64,000 nucleotides of DNA from Alphaproteobacteria bacterium (GTDB taxonomy: Bacteria > Pseudomonadota > Alphaproteobacteria > UBA828), in the NCBI GenBank assembly GCA_963422645.2, contig CAXXVO010000008.1, positions 192,001 through 256,000 on the forward strand. The letters are read 5' to 3'. Positions 9,644 through 22,704 of the stretch are shown in pieces; position 1 is the first letter of the stretch; each line of letters opens with the position of its first letter. The notes beneath the pieces are model-generated. The model was not told the DNA's origin. It did not search any database and saw only the letters and a program-made list of their open reading frames with translations. The position numbers were made by a program, and so were the translations under genes.

Positions 9644-12488
9644 CCTGATCCCTCAAGCCGCGCCGGACGTGGAGATCACGGGGCTCGCTTCGGATTCGCG
9701 CGATGTGCGCCCCGGCTACCTGTTTGCGGCGCTGGCCGGCACGCGTGCCACGGGCGTCGACTTCATTCCCGATGCCCTGGCGCGCGGTGCGGCTGCCGTG
9801 CTTGCGCCCGAGGGAACCGACCACGCCCTCGCGGAGGGGGTCAGCCTGGTGACCGACCCCAACCCGCGTCTCCGGCTCGCGGTCGCGGCCGCCCGCTACC
9901 ACGGTCCGCAACCGGAAGTCGTGGTTTGCGTCACCGGCACCAACGGCAAGACCTCGGTGGCGGACTTCACCCGCCAGATCTGGCGGGCCTCGGGCCGCAA
10001 GGCTGCCTCCCTCGGCACCCTGGGCGTCAACGCGGATGGCGCGTGGCGCCCCCTTCTACACACGACGCCCGATCCGATTGCGCTGCATCGCGTGCTCGCC
10101 GAGCTCGCGGAAGACGGCATCGACCACTTGGCGCTGGAAGCCTCGAGCCACGGGCTCGCGCAGTATCGCTTGGACGGGGTGCGCGTCGCGGCGGCGGCGT
10201 TCACCAACGTCACCCGCGACCACATGGACTACCACCCGGACGCCGACGCCTACTTCGAAGCCAAGGCGGGCCTCTTCGAGCGGGTCATGGCGGCGGATGG
10301 AACCGCCGTGCTCAACGTCGACGACGAGCGCGTGGCAGGACTCGCGGCGCGTTGCCGGGCGCGCGGGCAGAAAGTGCTCACCTTCGGCACCGGCGACGCG
10401 GACATTCATCTCCTGGCACGGCAGGATACCAAGCAAGGCCAGCGCCTCAGCATCGCCGCCGCCGGCGCGGTGCACGAGGTCGCGCTGCCGCTCCCCGGCG
10501 CATTCCAGGCACTGAACGCGCTGGCCGCTCTCGGCCTCGCAATGGCGACGGGTGTGGAGGCGGCGGACGCGATCCGAGCGCTTCATGGCGTGGAAGGCGT
10601 GCCGGGCCGGCTGCAACGGGTGGCGGGCCATCCGGCCGGCGCCGCCGTCTTCGTGGACTACGCACACACGCCCGACGCTCTGGCCACGGCCCTGCGTTCC
10701 GTGCGTCCGCTCATACCCGGCACGCTGGTGGTGGTCTTCGGCTGCGGCGGCGAGCGGGACATCGGCAAGCGACGCGAGATGGGCGAGATCGCGGCGAAGC
10801 TCGCGGACCGGGTCGTTGTCACCGACGATAACCCCCGCCGCGAGGAACCGGCCTCGATTCGCCAGGCCATTCTCGACGCCTGCCCCGGTGCCGAGGAGAT
10901 CGGCGACAGGGCGCGGGCCATTCGCACCGCCATCGAGGGGCTGGGCGCGGACGACGGTCTGCTCATCGCCGGCAAGGGCCATGAGCGGGAGCAAGTGGTG
11001 GGCGATCGCACGATCGCGTTCGACGATGTCGGCGTGGCCCGGAGCGCGGTGGCCGGCATGATCAGGCCTGCTCACAAGGTCCCGCTGTGGACCTCGGCGG
11101 AGGCCGTTGCGGCAACGGGCGGTAAGGCGCCCGAGGCCTGGAGCGCGACCGGCGTCTCCATCGATAGCCGCAGCGTCGAGGCGGGCGATCTGTTCGTGGC
11201 CCTCGCGGGCCCAAACCACGACGGCCACGACTACGTGCAGGCGGCGTTCGACCGCGCGGCGGCGGCGGCGATGGTGAGCCGGCAGCCCGAAGCGCAACCC
11301 GAGGGCGCGCCGTTCCTGCTGGTGGTCGATACTTACGACGGCCTGCGTACCCTCGCCGCCCGTGCCCGCGAGCGGAGCGCGGCCCACGTCGTTGCGATCA
11401 CCGGCAGCGTGGGCAAGACCGGGACCAAGGAGCTGCTCGCCGGCGCGCTCGCAGGCTGCGGCACCACGCTCGCGAGCGCAGGCAATCTCAACAACCACAT
11501 CGGCGCCCCGCTCAGCCTCGCCCGCCTGCCGCAGAGCACCGACTACGGCGTGTTCGAGCTCGGGATGAACCATCCCGGCGAGATCGCCCCGCTCTCGCAA
11601 CTGGTCCGCCCGCACACTGCGCTGATCACCACGATCGCGGCGGTGCACACCGAATTTTTCTCAGACCTCGACGCCGTCGCCGACGCGAAGGCCGAAATCT
11701 TCGAGGGTCTCGAGCCCGGCGGCACGGCCGTGCTCTACCGGGACAACGCCTATTTCGACCGCCTCGCTGCCGCCGCGCGGAGCGCTGGCGCAGGCCGGAT
11801 CGTCTCGTTTGGCGAGAGTGCGCAAGCCGATGCCCGGCTCCTCGCATGGCAGCCGGCTGCCTCAGGCGGCACCGTGACCGCCCTAATCGACGGCGCCGAG
11901 ATCGACTACGAAATCGCCTTTTCCGGCAGACACTGGGCGCTGAACAGTGTAGCTGTGCTGGCCTGCGCCCATGCGGCCGGCGCACCGGTGGAGCAGGCCG
12001 CCGGCTCGCTTCGGACCGTCTCCCCCGTTGCGGGCCGCGGCGTGCGCCACCGGGTCCCGCTGGCAGACGGCGCCTACGAGCTGATCGACGAGAGCTACAA
12101 CGCGAGCCCCGCCGCCGTCCGCGCCGCAATCGCGACGCTGGCCGAGGCCGCACCGCCGGCGAGCGGTGGCCGGCGGATCGCCGTCCTCGGCGACATGCTG
12201 GAGCTCGGCGGGGATGCGCCGCGCTGGCACGCCGATCTCGCCGGCGATCTCGAAGCCGCCGAAATCGATCTCGTCTACACCGCGGGCTCGCTAATGGCCC
12301 ACCTTCACAAAGCCCTCGACCCCGCGCAGCGCGGCAGCCACGCGCCGGATGCGGAAAGCCTGACCGACATCCTGCAAGCGGAGATCCGCGCCGGCGATGT
12401 CGTGCTGGTCAAGGGCTCGCTCGGCAGTCGCATGGGGCCGATCGTGCGGCGTCTCCTTGCCGACGCGCCGGCCGCTCACCGGCCATGA
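9630..12488 (+). CDS. murE-murF: MurE-MurF fusion protein
   Basis: One ORF with MurE motifs (TGTNGKTS, TTPD, EASSHG, DYAHTPD, DNPR, AGKGHE) followed by MurF motifs (SIDSR, TGSVGKT, NNHIG, ELGMNH, DESYNASP, GDMLELG, KGS). Confidence 0.9.
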   Translation: MRLSSLIPQAAPDVEITGLASDSRDVRPGYLFAALAGTRATGVDFIPDALARGAAAVLAPEGTDHALAEGVSLVTDPNPRLRLAVAAARYHGPQPEVVVCVTGTNGKTSVADFTRQIWRASGRKAASLGTLGVNADGAWRPLLHTTPDPIALHRVLAELAEDGIDHLALEASSHGLAQYRLDGVRVAAAAFTNVTRDHMDYHPDADAYFEAKAGLFERVMAADGTAVLNVDDERVAGLAARCRARGQKVLTFGTGDADIHLLARQDTKQGQRLSIAAAGAVHEVALPLPGAFQALNALAALGLAMATGVEAADAIRALHGVEGVPGRLQRVAGHPAGAAVFVDYAHTPDALATALRSVRPLIPGTLVVVFGCGGERDIGKRREMGEIAAKLADRVVVTDDNPRREEPASIRQAILDACPGAEEIGDRARAIRTAIEGLGADDGLLIAGKGHEREQVVGDRTIAFDDVGVARSAVAGMIRPAHKVPLWTSAEAVAATGGKAPEAWSATGVSIDSRSVEAGDLFVALAGPNHDGHDYVQAAFDRAAAAAMVSRQPEAQPEGAPFLLVVDTYDGLRTLAARARERSAAHVVAITGSVGKTGTKELLAGALAGCGTTLASAGNLNNHIGAPLSLARLPQSTDYGVFELGMNHPGEIAPLSQLVRPHTALITTIAAVHTEFFSDLDAVADAKAEIFEGLEPGGTAVLYRDNAYFDRLAAAARSAGAGRIVSFGESAQADARLLAWQPAASGGTVTALIDGAEIDYEIAFSGRHWALNSVAVLACAHAAGAPVEQAAGSLRTVSPVAGRGVRHRVPLADGAYELIDESYNASPAAVRAAIATLAEAAPPASGGRRIAVLGDMLELGGDAPRWHADLAGDLEAAEIDLVYTAGSLMAHLHKALDPAQRGSHAPDAESLTDILQAEIRAGDVVLVKGSLGSRMGPIVRRLLADAPAAHRP

Positions 12489-12509
12489 GCAGGAAAGGCG
12501 CGCCGAGCG

Positions 12510-13595
12510 ATGTTCTTCAACCTGCTCTATCCGCTCTCGGACTCGATCGGCATCTTCAACGTCTTCCAGTATCTGACCTTCCGTACCGGTGCGGCAGTGC
12601 TCACGGCACTGCTGATCAGCTTCGTCTTCGGTCCGCCGCTGATCCGCCTGCTGCGGGCGCGTCAGGAGCACGGCCAGCCGATCCGCAGCGACGTGCCGGA
12701 GAGCCACGCGGCCAAGGCGGGGACGCCGACCATGGGCGGGGTGATCATTCTCCTCGCCGTCACGGTCTCGACGCTGCTCTGGGCCGACATGACCAACCCG
12801 CTCATCTGGGCGCTGCTGGTGGTCACGATCGGCTTCGGCGCCATCGGCTTCACCGACGATGCGATGAAGCTGCTGAACCGCAGCCACCGCGGCCTGAACA
12901 TCCGCATCAAGGTCGCGGCCGAGCTGGTGCTCGCGGTAGGGGGCGTCTTCTGGGTCACGATGATCCTGGAGGCACCGCTCGATCACGGCCTGGCACTGCC
13001 CTTCGTCAAGTCGGTCCTGCTCGACATCGGCTGGTTTACGGTGCCCTTCGCCGCCTTCGTGGTCATCGGCTCGTCCAATGCCGTCAACCTGACCGACGGC
13101 CTCGACGGTCTCGCGATCGTGCCGATCATGATTGCCGCCGCGTGCTTTGCGCTGATTGCCTATGTGGTGGGCAACACCGTGTTCACCGAGTACCTCCAGG
13201 TCCACCACGTTCCCGGCACCGGCGAGCTCTCTGTCTTCTGCGGCGCTCTGGTCGGCGCGGGACTGGGCTTCCTCTGGTTCAACGCGCCGCCGGCGATGGT
13301 CTTCATGGGCGACACCGGCTCGCTCTCCACCGGCGCGGCGCTCGGCCTCATCGCGGTTATGACCAAGCACGAGATCGTGCTCGCCATCGTGGGCGGCCTC
13401 TTCGTGCTCGAAGCGGTCTCGGTGATCGTGCAGGTCGCCTCGTTCAAGCTCCTGGGGCGGCGGGTCTTCGCCATGGCGCCGCTGCACCATCACTTCGAGC
13501 AGAAGGGGGTTGCCGAGCCCACCATCGTCATCCGCTTCTGGGTGATCGCCGTGATCCTTGCCCTGATCGGGCTCTCGACGCTGAAGCTGAGGTGA
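12510..13595 (+). CDS. mraY: Phospho-MurNAc-pentapeptide transferase
   Basis: [36 protein letters not shown]. Confidence 0.97.
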   Translation: MFFNLLYPLSDSIGIFNVFQYLTFRTGAAVLTALLISFVFGPPLIRLLRARQEHGQPIRSDVPESHAAKAGTPTMGGVIILLAVTVSTLLWADMTNPLIWALLVVTIGFGAIGFTDDAMKLLNRSHRGLNIRIKVAAELVLAVGGVFWVTMILEAPLDHGLALPFVKSVLLDIGWFTVPFAAFVVIGSSNAVNLTDGLDGLAIVPIMIAAACFALIAYVVGNTVFTEYLQVHHVPGTGELSVFCGALVGAGLGFLWFNAPPAMVFMGDTGSLSTGAALGLIAVMTKHEIVLAIVGGLFVLEAVSVIVQVASFKLLGRRVFAMAPLHHHFEQKGVAEPTIVIRFWVIAVILALIGLSTLKLR

Positions 13596-13599
13596 GCCT

Positions 13600-14979
13600 G
13601 TGATCCGGGTCCCCCTCTATCGCAACCGCACCGTGGCCGTGCTGGGGCTCGCGCGCTCCGGCCTCGCCGCGGCGCGGGCGCTCAGCGCCGGCGGTGCCCG
13701 CGTGCTCTGCTGGGACGATTCGCCGGAAGCGCGGACAGCGGCACGCGAACAGGGCTTCGAAGTCCGCCCCACCGGGCCCGAGGACGGGATCGCCGCCCTG
13801 GTGCCGAGCCCCGGCGTTCCGCTCTCGCATCCGATGATCGTTGCCGCGCATGACGCCGGTATCGAGGTCGCGGGCGATATCGAGCTCCTGTGGCGCGTGC
13901 TGCCGGAGCCCCGCTACATCGCCGTCACCGGCACCAACGGCAAGTCGACGACCACCGCGCTCATCGGTCACCTGCTGCATTCGGCCGGCGCCCGTCACAT
14001 CCGCGTCGGCGGCAATCTGGGAACGCCGGTACTCGATCTGACGCCGGTGCCGGGCGAGGGGACCATCGTTCTCGAGCTCTCCTCCTACCAGCTCGATCTG
14101 ACCGTCGAGGCGACCTTCGACATTGCCGTGCTCCTGAACGTGGCCCCGGATCATCTCGATCGCCACGGGACCATGGCGGCCTACGTCGACGCGAAGCGCC
14201 AGGTCTTCCGCCCGGGCCGGCTCCAAACCGCTGTCGTCGGCATCGACGATCCGATCTCGCGGGATGTGCGCGACGTGCTCGGGGCGCGTGACCAGCTTCA
14301 GGTGGTGCCGGTGACCGTGGAGGGGACGTCGCGCGAAGGCGTCTTCGTCATGGATGGACTCCTCCACGAAGACGGCGAGCCGGTCTGTGATCTGTCGAAG
14401 GCGGCAGCGCTGCCGGGCGAGCATAACTGGCAGAACGCGGCGGCGGCCTATGCGGCGGCGCGGGCTTGCGGGCTCTCGCCCGAGCGGCTGGTGCCGGCCC
14501 TCCTCGACTTCCCCGGCCTGCCGCACCGCATGGAGACGATCGGCAGCGTCAGCGGCATCCCGGTCGTCAACGACAGCAAGGCCACCAACGCCGAGGCGGC
14601 GGCGCGGGCGATCGCCTGCTACGAGAACGTCTACTGGATCGCCGGCGGACGGCCCAAGGAGGGCGGGATCGATGCCATGGCGTCCGTCTTCCCGCGCATC
14701 GCCCACGCCTTCCTCATCGGCGAGGCGGAAGAGTCCTTTGCCGCCACTCTGGAGGGGCAGCTGCCGGTGACCCGCTGCGGCACGCTCGACCGTGCGGTGG
14801 CGGCCGCGCTCAACGCCGCGTGCAGCAACGGGCGCAAGGGCACCGTGGTGCTGTTCTCGCCGGCCTGCGCATCGTTCGACCAATTCAGCGATTTCGAGCA
14901 GCGCGGCGATCGCTTCCGCGCGCTGGTGCCCGTGGAAGAGGGCGCCACCAAGGGGGAGGCCACGCCGTGCATTCGGTGA
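13600..14979 (+). CDS. murD: UDP-MurNAc-L-Ala-D-Glu ligase
   Basis: GLARSG, TGTNGKSTT, ELSSYQL, DHLDRH, NDSKATN, SPACASFDQF. Confidence 0.96.
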   Translation: MIRVPLYRNRTVAVLGLARSGLAAARALSAGGARVLCWDDSPEARTAAREQGFEVRPTGPEDGIAALVPSPGVPLSHPMIVAAHDAGIEVAGDIELLWRVLPEPRYIAVTGTNGKSTTTALIGHLLHSAGARHIRVGGNLGTPVLDLTPVPGEGTIVLELSSYQLDLTVEATFDIAVLLNVAPDHLDRHGTMAAYVDAKRQVFRPGRLQTAVVGIDDPISRDVRDVLGARDQLQVVPVTVEGTSREGVFVMDGLLHEDGEPVCDLSKAAALPGEHNWQNAAAAYAAARACGLSPERLVPALLDFPGLPHRMETIGSVSGIPVVNDSKATNAEAAARAIACYENVYWIAGGRPKEGGIDAMASVFPRIAHAFLIGEAEESFAATLEGQLPVTRCGTLDRAVAAALNAACSNGRKGTVVLFSPACASFDQFSDFEQRGDRFRALVPVEEGATKGEATPCIR

Positions 14980-16103
14980 CTCCCTTCTCCCGCACCGACA
15001 CCAGCGTGCTCGGCCGCTGGTGGTGGACCGTCGACCGCTGGATGCTGACGGCGGTGATGCTGCTCATGCTGCTGGGTGCTGCCCTGGCGCTGGCTGCGAG
15101 CCCGGCGGCGGCCGAGCGGATCGGCCTCGATTCCTTCCACTTCGCGCGGCAGCAGCTCCTCTTCCTGCCAGTGGCTCTGATCGTGATGATCGGTGTCTCG
15201 CTGCTCTCCCGCACCGGGATTCAGCGCATCGCCACGGCCGGCACCGTGCTCGGCATCGTCCTGCTCGCGTTCACGCTCATCGTCGGGCTGGAGCTGAACG
15301 GCGCGCGCCGTTGGCTGCCGCTCGGCAGCTTCAATCTGCAGCCGTCGGAGTTCGTGAAGCCCTGCCTCGCGGTTTTCATGGCCGCTGTCCTCGTGCGGCC
15401 GCGGGACGAGCAGCTGCGCTACGGCACGCTCCTCGCGTCGATCCCCGTGGTGCTCGCAGCACTTCTCCTCGTCCTGCAGCCCGACATCGGGATGGCGGTG
15501 ACGGTGGCCGCCGTCTGGTTCGTGCAGATGTTCGTGGCCGGCATGCCGTTTGTGCTTGCCGTGTTGGGCGCCACCGCCACCGCTGGCGGCCTCGTGTTCG
15601 CCTATCACAACCTGACGCACGTCAAGGCCCGCATCGACCAGTTCATCGATCCCACGATCGGCGACACCTATCAGGTCGACACTTCGCTCCGTGCCTTCGA
15701 GGCGGGTGGGCTCTTCGGCCGCGGCCCCGGCGAAGGAGTCGTCAAGAGCGTGTTGCCCGATGCCCACACCGACTTCATCTTTGCCGTTGCGGCCGAGGAA
15801 TTCGGCGTCATCGCCTGCATCGTCATCGTCGGGCTGTTCGGCTTCATCGTCTTCCGCGGCTTCGCCCGCGCCATGCGCGGCGGCGATCTGTTCTCGCTGG
15901 TCGCGGTCGCCGGCCTGCTTGCTCAGTTCGGTTTCCAGGCCCTGATCAACATGGGAGTCGCGATCCGGCTCCTGCCCGCCAAGGGGATGACCCTTCCGTT
16001 CCTGAGCTACGGCGGCTCGTCGACGATGGCGACCGCAATCGGCCTCGGAATGGTGCTCGCGCTGACCCGCGAACGGCGGAGCAATGAAGGATATGTGCTT
16101 TGA
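14976..16103 (+). CDS. ftsW: SEDS polymerase FtsW
   Basis: WWWTVDR, GARRW, QPSEFVK, QPDIG, HTDFIF, SYGGSS; GTGA overlap with the murD stop. Confidence 0.95.
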   Translation: MTPFSRTDTSVLGRWWWTVDRWMLTAVMLLMLLGAALALAASPAAAERIGLDSFHFARQQLLFLPVALIVMIGVSLLSRTGIQRIATAGTVLGIVLLAFTLIVGLELNGARRWLPLGSFNLQPSEFVKPCLAVFMAAVLVRPRDEQLRYGTLLASIPVVLAALLLVLQPDIGMAVTVAAVWFVQMFVAGMPFVLAVLGATATAGGLVFAYHNLTHVKARIDQFIDPTIGDTYQVDTSLRAFEAGGLFGRGPGEGVVKSVLPDAHTDFIFAVAAEEFGVIACIVIVGLFGFIVFRGFARAMRGGDLFSLVAVAGLLAQFGFQALINMGVAIRLLPAKGMTLPFLSYGGSSTMATAIGLGMVLALTRERRSNEGYVL

Positions 16104-17250
16104 GAACGCCTGCGCCCAACCCTCCCATTCTCCTCGCAGCAGGCGGAACTGGCGGCCACGTGTTTCCGGCTGAAGCCCTCGCGGCTGAGCTGGAAGCACG
16201 TGGCCGTCGTCTTGTTCTCATGACGGATCGGAGGGGCGCCGCCTTCGGCGACGTACTGGGGCGCATCGAAAGACACGCCATCGCGGCCCGCAGCCCGAGC
16301 GTGCGCGGGCCCGTGGCACGCGTCATGGCCGTGCTCGGTCTCGCGCGTGCGGTCATGCAGGCGGCGCGCGTGCTGCGCCGGATTCGACCGGCCGCCGCCG
16401 TGGGCTTCGGCGGCTACCCATCGGTGCCGCCGCTGGTGGCGAGCGGACGGCTCGGCATTCCCAGCGTGCTGCACGAGCAGAACGCGGTGCTCGGCCGCGC
16501 CAACCGGATGTTGGCCCGCCGTGCATCGGCGATCGCCACGTCCTTCCCGGAAACCGAGCGCATCCCGCGCCGTCGCGCGGCTCTCGTCACCCATGTGGGC
16601 AACCCGGTGCGCGCGGCCATCGCGGCGCTGCGCGGCGCCGACTACGTCCCGCCTGCATCGGATGGTCAATTCCGCCTGCTGGTCACGGGTGGGAGCCAGG
16701 GTGCGCACATTTTCGCCGAGGTCGTGCCGGCGGCCATCGCGGCGCTGCCGCAGGCTTCGCGCGAGCGGATTGAGGTGAGCCAGCAGTGCCGCCCCGAGGA
16801 CCTCGCCGACGTCGAGCGCGCCTATACCGATGAGGGAGTCGAGGCGCGGCTTGCGCCCTTCTTCGATGATATCCCGGCGCGTCTCGGCGAATCCCACCTC
16901 GTGATCTGTCGGGCGGGCGCGTCGACCATCGCAGAGCTCGCTGCGGCGGGACGCCCGGCGATCCTGGTGCCGCTGCCCATCGCCGCCGACGACCATCAGA
17001 GCGCGAACGGGCGGGCCCTGGTTGCGGCCGGCGCGGCGATCATGATCCCGCAGCAGTCGTTCACACCGGCGGGGCTGGCCCGGGAGCTCGAATCCCTGAT
17101 GGCGGAGCCTGCGCAGCTAGCGCAGCAGGCCGCCGCCGCGGCGAGCTTCGCGCGGCCCGAAGCGGCGTGCGCGCTTGCGGATCTGATCGAGGGGCTGATC
17201 AACGGGTCGCTCCCGGGACACCCGGTGCCGGAGCGTGCGGGGGGCGCGGC

Positions 17251-17254
<4 letters not shown>
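16100..17254 (+). CDS. murG: Lipid II glycosyltransferase MurG
   Basis: GGTGGH, HEQN, GNPVR, GGSQGA, RAGAST. Confidence 0.96.
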
Positions 17255-18692
<1,438 letters not shown>

Positions 18693-18696
<4 letters not shown>

Positions 18697-19658
18697 TCGC
18701 GCACAGCAGGACCATGGATTGGGTCGACCGGCTACCTGCGGTTCGTGGCCGCTACTCCTTCGATGTCGACCTCTCCCGCACCGTCTGGTTCCGCGCCGGT
18801 GGGCGCGCAGACGTGGTGTTTCGGCCGGCGGACGTCGACGACCTGGCGCACTTCCTCGCTTCTCGGCCCGCCGGCGTACCGGTGACTGTCATAGGCCTCG
18901 GCTCCAATCTGCTTGTGCGTGATGGCGGCGTGGAAGGCGTTGTCATCCGCCTGCGCCAAGGCTTCCGGGACGTGGATGTGCGCTGGGAGGGCGAGCGTGC
19001 GCTGGTGGAGGTCGGTGCCGGCGCCCTCGACGTGAACGTCGCCCGCCATTGTCGCGCTCAGGGGGTCGACGGATTGGCCTTCCTGAGCGGCATCCCCGGC
19101 AGCATCGGCGGTGCGCTCCGCATGAACGCGGGCGCCTACGGGTACGAGTTGGCCGATGTCGTGGTCGAGGCACGAGCGCTCGATCGCGAAGGCGCCACGC
19201 ACGTGCTCACGCCGGACGCCATGGGACTCTCCTACCGCCACTCGGCAGTGCCGGACGACTGGATCTTCGTCTCCGCCTTGCTTGCCGGACGGTGCGGGGA
19301 GCCCGCCGCCATTGCCCGCCATATGGAAGAGATCAATGCCCAGCGTGAGGCGAGTCAGCCGATCCGCGCCCGCACCGGCGGCAGCACCTTCACCAACCCC
19401 GCAGATCGTTCCGCTTGGGAGCTGATCGACGAGGCCGGCTGCCGCGGGCTCACGCGCGGGGGCGCGCAGATCTCCGAGCAGCACTGCAACTTCATCGTCA
19501 ATGCCGGCGGTGCGACGGCTTCCGACATCGAGGGATTGGGCGAGGAGGTCCGCCGCCGGGTCGAGGAGAAGGCCGGCCTCTCGCTCCAGTGGGAGATCCG
19601 CAGGATCGGCCGTCACGGAAGCTGGCCGCAAGGCCAAGATGGGGAGAGCGCCAAGTGA
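18693..19658 (+). CDS. murB: UDP-N-acetylenolpyruvoylglucosamine reductase
   Basis: [36 protein letters not shown]. Confidence 0.96.
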
Positions 19659-20575
19659 GCGCCGCAGGCAAGCACGTCGCCGTGCTGATGGGCGGCTGGT
19701 CCGCCGAGCGCGAGGTGTCGTTGGTCTCCGGCGCCGCCGTCGAGCTCGCGCTCGCCGCAAGCGGCTATCGCGTGACCGGCATCGACGTGACCCGCGATCT
19801 ACCCGCGGCGCTGGCGGAGGTCCAGCCAGATGTCGCGTTCAACGCCCTGCACGGCTCCATCGGCGAGGACGGCTGCGTCCAGGGGCTGCTTGAGGTCATG
19901 GGCCTGCCCTACACCCATTCCGGCGTGCTCGCTTCGGCACTGGCGATGGACAAGCCCGCAGCGAAGCAGCTTTTCGCCGATGCCGGGCTCACCTGCCCCG
20001 AGGGTCGGGTGATGTGCCGCACCGATATCGCGGCGGGTGCTGCAGGCGAGCCGCCTTACGTGATCAAGCCGCTCGATCAGGGCTCCAGCGTGGGCGTCCA
20101 CCTGGTCTTCGGCGGCGACAACGCGAGGCTCCCGAACGGCGATTGGCCCTATGGCGACCAGGTGCTCGTCGAGCGCTACATCCCGGGCCGCGAAATCCAG
20201 GTCGCGGTGATGGGGGCGCGCGCGCTCGGCGCCATCGAGATCAGGCCGAAGGGGCGCTTCTATGATTACGAGGCGAAGTACACCGAGGGCCGGGCCGACC
20301 ATTTCATGCCGGCTCCCATCCACCCCGATGCGTACAAGGAGGCGCTGGAGATCGCGCTTACGGCTCACATGGCGCTCCGCTGCCGCGGCGTGACCCGTGC
20401 CGATCTCCGCTACGACGACACCGCCGGCGAGCCCGGCCGCTTCTACTTGCTGGAAATCAACACCCAGCCGGGCATGACGCCGCTCTCGCTCGTGCCCGAG
20501 ATCGCCGCTGATGTCGGCATCAGCTTCGAGGATCTCGTCTGTTGGCTCGTGGAGAACGCCACATGCGACAGCTGA
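19655..20575 (+). CDS. ddl: D-alanine--D-alanine ligase
   Basis: GGWSAEREVS, LHG..GEDG, GSSVG, YDYEAKY, EINTQPGMT. Confidence 0.96.
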   Translation: MSAAGKHVAVLMGGWSAEREVSLVSGAAVELALAASGYRVTGIDVTRDLPAALAEVQPDVAFNALHGSIGEDGCVQGLLEVMGLPYTHSGVLASALAMDKPAAKQLFADAGLTCPEGRVMCRTDIAAGAAGEPPYVIKPLDQGSSVGVHLVFGGDNARLPNGDWPYGDQVLVERYIPGREIQVAVMGARALGAIEIRPKGRFYDYEAKYTEGRADHFMPAPIHPDAYKEALEIALTAHMALRCRGVTRADLRYDDTAGEPGRFYLLEINTQPGMTPLSLVPEIAADVGISFEDLVCWLVENATCDS

Positions 20576-21408
20576 GCCTCTTCGGCACGCGAAAGCAGGC
20601 TGCAGGCCCGGCGCGGCGTCCGAGCGTCTACCGCCTCGCGTCGCGGCGCGCGCTCAAGTGGGCGGCAATCGCGTTGACAGGCGGCGGTATCGTCGCTGCG
20701 GCGATCTGGTTCGTACAGCCCGGCACGCTCGCAAGCGTGGGAGACGACATTCGGACGGGCTTCGAGTCGGCGACTGCGAGCGCGGGCATGACGGTGCAGA
20801 AGATCGAAGCGTCGGGCACCGCGCGGGCATCGGCAAGGGCAATCCGCACCGCAGTCGGTGTCGAAATCGGCACGCCCATCTTCGAGGTCGATCTCACTGC
20901 CGCACGCGACCGCGTTCAGACAATCGGCTGGGTCGACTACGCGACGGTCGAACGCCGTCTGCCGTCGACTCTCCATGTGCGGATCGTCGAGCGCATGCCG
21001 GTGGCGCTCTGGCAACGCAATCAGAAGCTGGTCATGGTCGACCGCGCCGGCGTTGAAATTGCTGCCGAATCCGTCAGCCAGTTCGCCCACCTGCCGGTCG
21101 TCGTGGGCGACGGTGCGCTTGCTTATATGCCGACCCTGCTCGATGCCATGGCGGCCGACCCAGCGTTGTCGCAACGCGTCCAGTCGGCAATCTGGATTGG
21201 GGGGCGGCGCTGGACGCTCCACTTCGACAACGGTCTCGAGGCCAAGCTGCCGGAGAGCGAGATCGGAGCGGCGTGGGCCCGCCTGGTCCGGGAGATCGGC
21301 GACCATCACCTGCTCGACCAGCCGATTGCGGTGGTCGACCTGCGCCTTCCCGACCGGACAATCCTGCGCGCCCGGCCGCCCAAGCCGCCGGCCGACGACC
21401 GGACATGA
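20563..21408 (+). CDS. ftsQ: Cell division protein FtsQ
   Basis: TM + POTRA (WV..ATVERRLP.TL...ER.P.ALWQ), C-terminal DLRLPDR. Confidence 0.92.
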   Translation: MRQLSLFGTRKQAAGPARRPSVYRLASRRALKWAAIALTGGGIVAAAIWFVQPGTLASVGDDIRTGFESATASAGMTVQKIEASGTARASARAIRTAVGVEIGTPIFEVDLTAARDRVQTIGWVDYATVERRLPSTLHVRIVERMPVALWQRNQKLVMVDRAGVEIAAESVSQFAHLPVVVGDGALAYMPTLLDAMAADPALSQRVQSAIWIGGRRWTLHFDNGLEAKLPESEIGAAWARLVREIGDHHLLDQPIAVVDLRLPDRTILRARPPKPPADDRT

Positions 21409-21430
21409 CGAGACGAGGAGCCCTGAGACC

Positions 21431-22693
21431 GTGATTGCCGCCCTCGATATCGGCACGACCAAGGTGGCCTGCCTCGTCGCTCAGCGCGACGCCGAGGGCG
21501 CACTGACGGTCGCCGGCAGCGGCCAGGAAGTGGCCGCCGGCATGCATGCCGGCCGTGTCGTCGACATGGAGGCGGCGGAGGAGACGATCCGCACCGCGGT
21601 TCATCGCGCGGAGCGGATGGCCGGCGAGAACGTCCGCAGCATCTTCATCGGCACGTCGGGCGGCGCACCCAGCTCCAGCTTCGCCGATATCGAGGTCGGC
21701 ATCGGCGGACGCGAGGTTGCCGAGCGCGACATCCAGCGCGCGTTCGACCAGCTTCAGACGACCGATGAGGGGCAGGAGCGCGACATCGTGCATGCCGTGC
21801 CCATCGACTACGCCCTCGACGGATCGCCGGGAATCCTGGACCCGCGCGGCATGTATGCCGGCAATCTCCAGGTGCGGTTGCACATGGTGAGCGTCGCCCA
21901 CGGCAGCCTGCGCAACCTGCTCTCCTGCGTCTCCCGCTGCGATCTGCAGGTCGCCGCCCCGGTTGCGGCCGCCTACGCCTCGGGGCTCGCGTGCCTGGTC
22001 TCCGACGAAATCGATCTCGGCGCGACCTGTATCGACATTGGCGGCGGTACGACCAAGCTCGCGATCTTCGGCGGCGGCAAACTGATTTGGACCGAGACAC
22101 TCCCGCTCGGCGGGGATCACGTCACCAACGACATTGCGCAGGGGCTGTCCACGCCGATCGCCAGCGCCGAGCGCATGAAGCGGCTTCACGGCAGTCCGGC
22201 TGACGATTCGGCGGACCCGAGCGAGAGCATCGAGGTGCCGGAAATCGGGCCCGAGAACGGCGGCTCAGGCACCGCTCATCACGTGCCGCGCTCGTTGCTC
22301 TCGCGGATCGTGCGTGCGCGGCTGGAGGAGATCTTCGAGTTCGCCCGCGCCCGTGTCGAGGCGAGCGGGCTCGACCCGTGGTCGGGAAACCGCGTCGTCA
22401 TCAGCGGCGGTGTGAGCCAGACGACCGGCCTCGGCGAGCTCGCGGGCCGCATCCTCGACAAGCAGGTGCGGCTCGCCCGGCCTCTTTCCCTACCCGGTCT
22501 GGCGCAAGCCGTCTCTGGCCCCGAATTCGCGACCTGCGCCGGCCTGCTCGTCTATGCGGCACAGAAGCACACGGAACCTTGGGCCAAGCCCGCGCGCGAC
22601 GCCGCTGCCGGGCGCTTCACCAGCTCCCTGTCGCACCTCGGCCGGTGGCTGAGGGGCAACTTCTGGGAACACACGGATCAAAGAGCACCGTAA
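21431..22693 (+). CDS. ftsA: Cell division protein FtsA
   Basis: [30 protein letters not shown]. Start uncertain: GTG 21431 after GAGGAG, or a frameshifted ATG 21405. Confidence 0.93.
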   Translation: MIAALDIGTTKVACLVAQRDAEGALTVAGSGQEVAAGMHAGRVVDMEAAEETIRTAVHRAERMAGENVRSIFIGTSGGAPSSSFADIEVGIGGREVAERDIQRAFDQLQTTDEGQERDIVHAVPIDYALDGSPGILDPRGMYAGNLQVRLHMVSVAHGSLRNLLSCVSRCDLQVAAPVAAAYASGLACLVSDEIDLGATCIDIGGGTTKLAIFGGGKLIWTETLPLGGDHVTNDIAQGLSTPIASAERMKRLHGSPADDSADPSESIEVPEIGPENGGSGTAHHVPRSLLSRIVRARLEEIFEFARARVEASGLDPWSGNRVVISGGVSQTTGLGELAGRILDKQVRLARPLSLPGLAQAVSGPEFATCAGLLVYAAQKHTEPWAKPARDAAAGRFTSSLSHLGRWLRGNFWEHTDQRAP

Positions 22694-22704
22694 AGGAGGA
22701 CACC

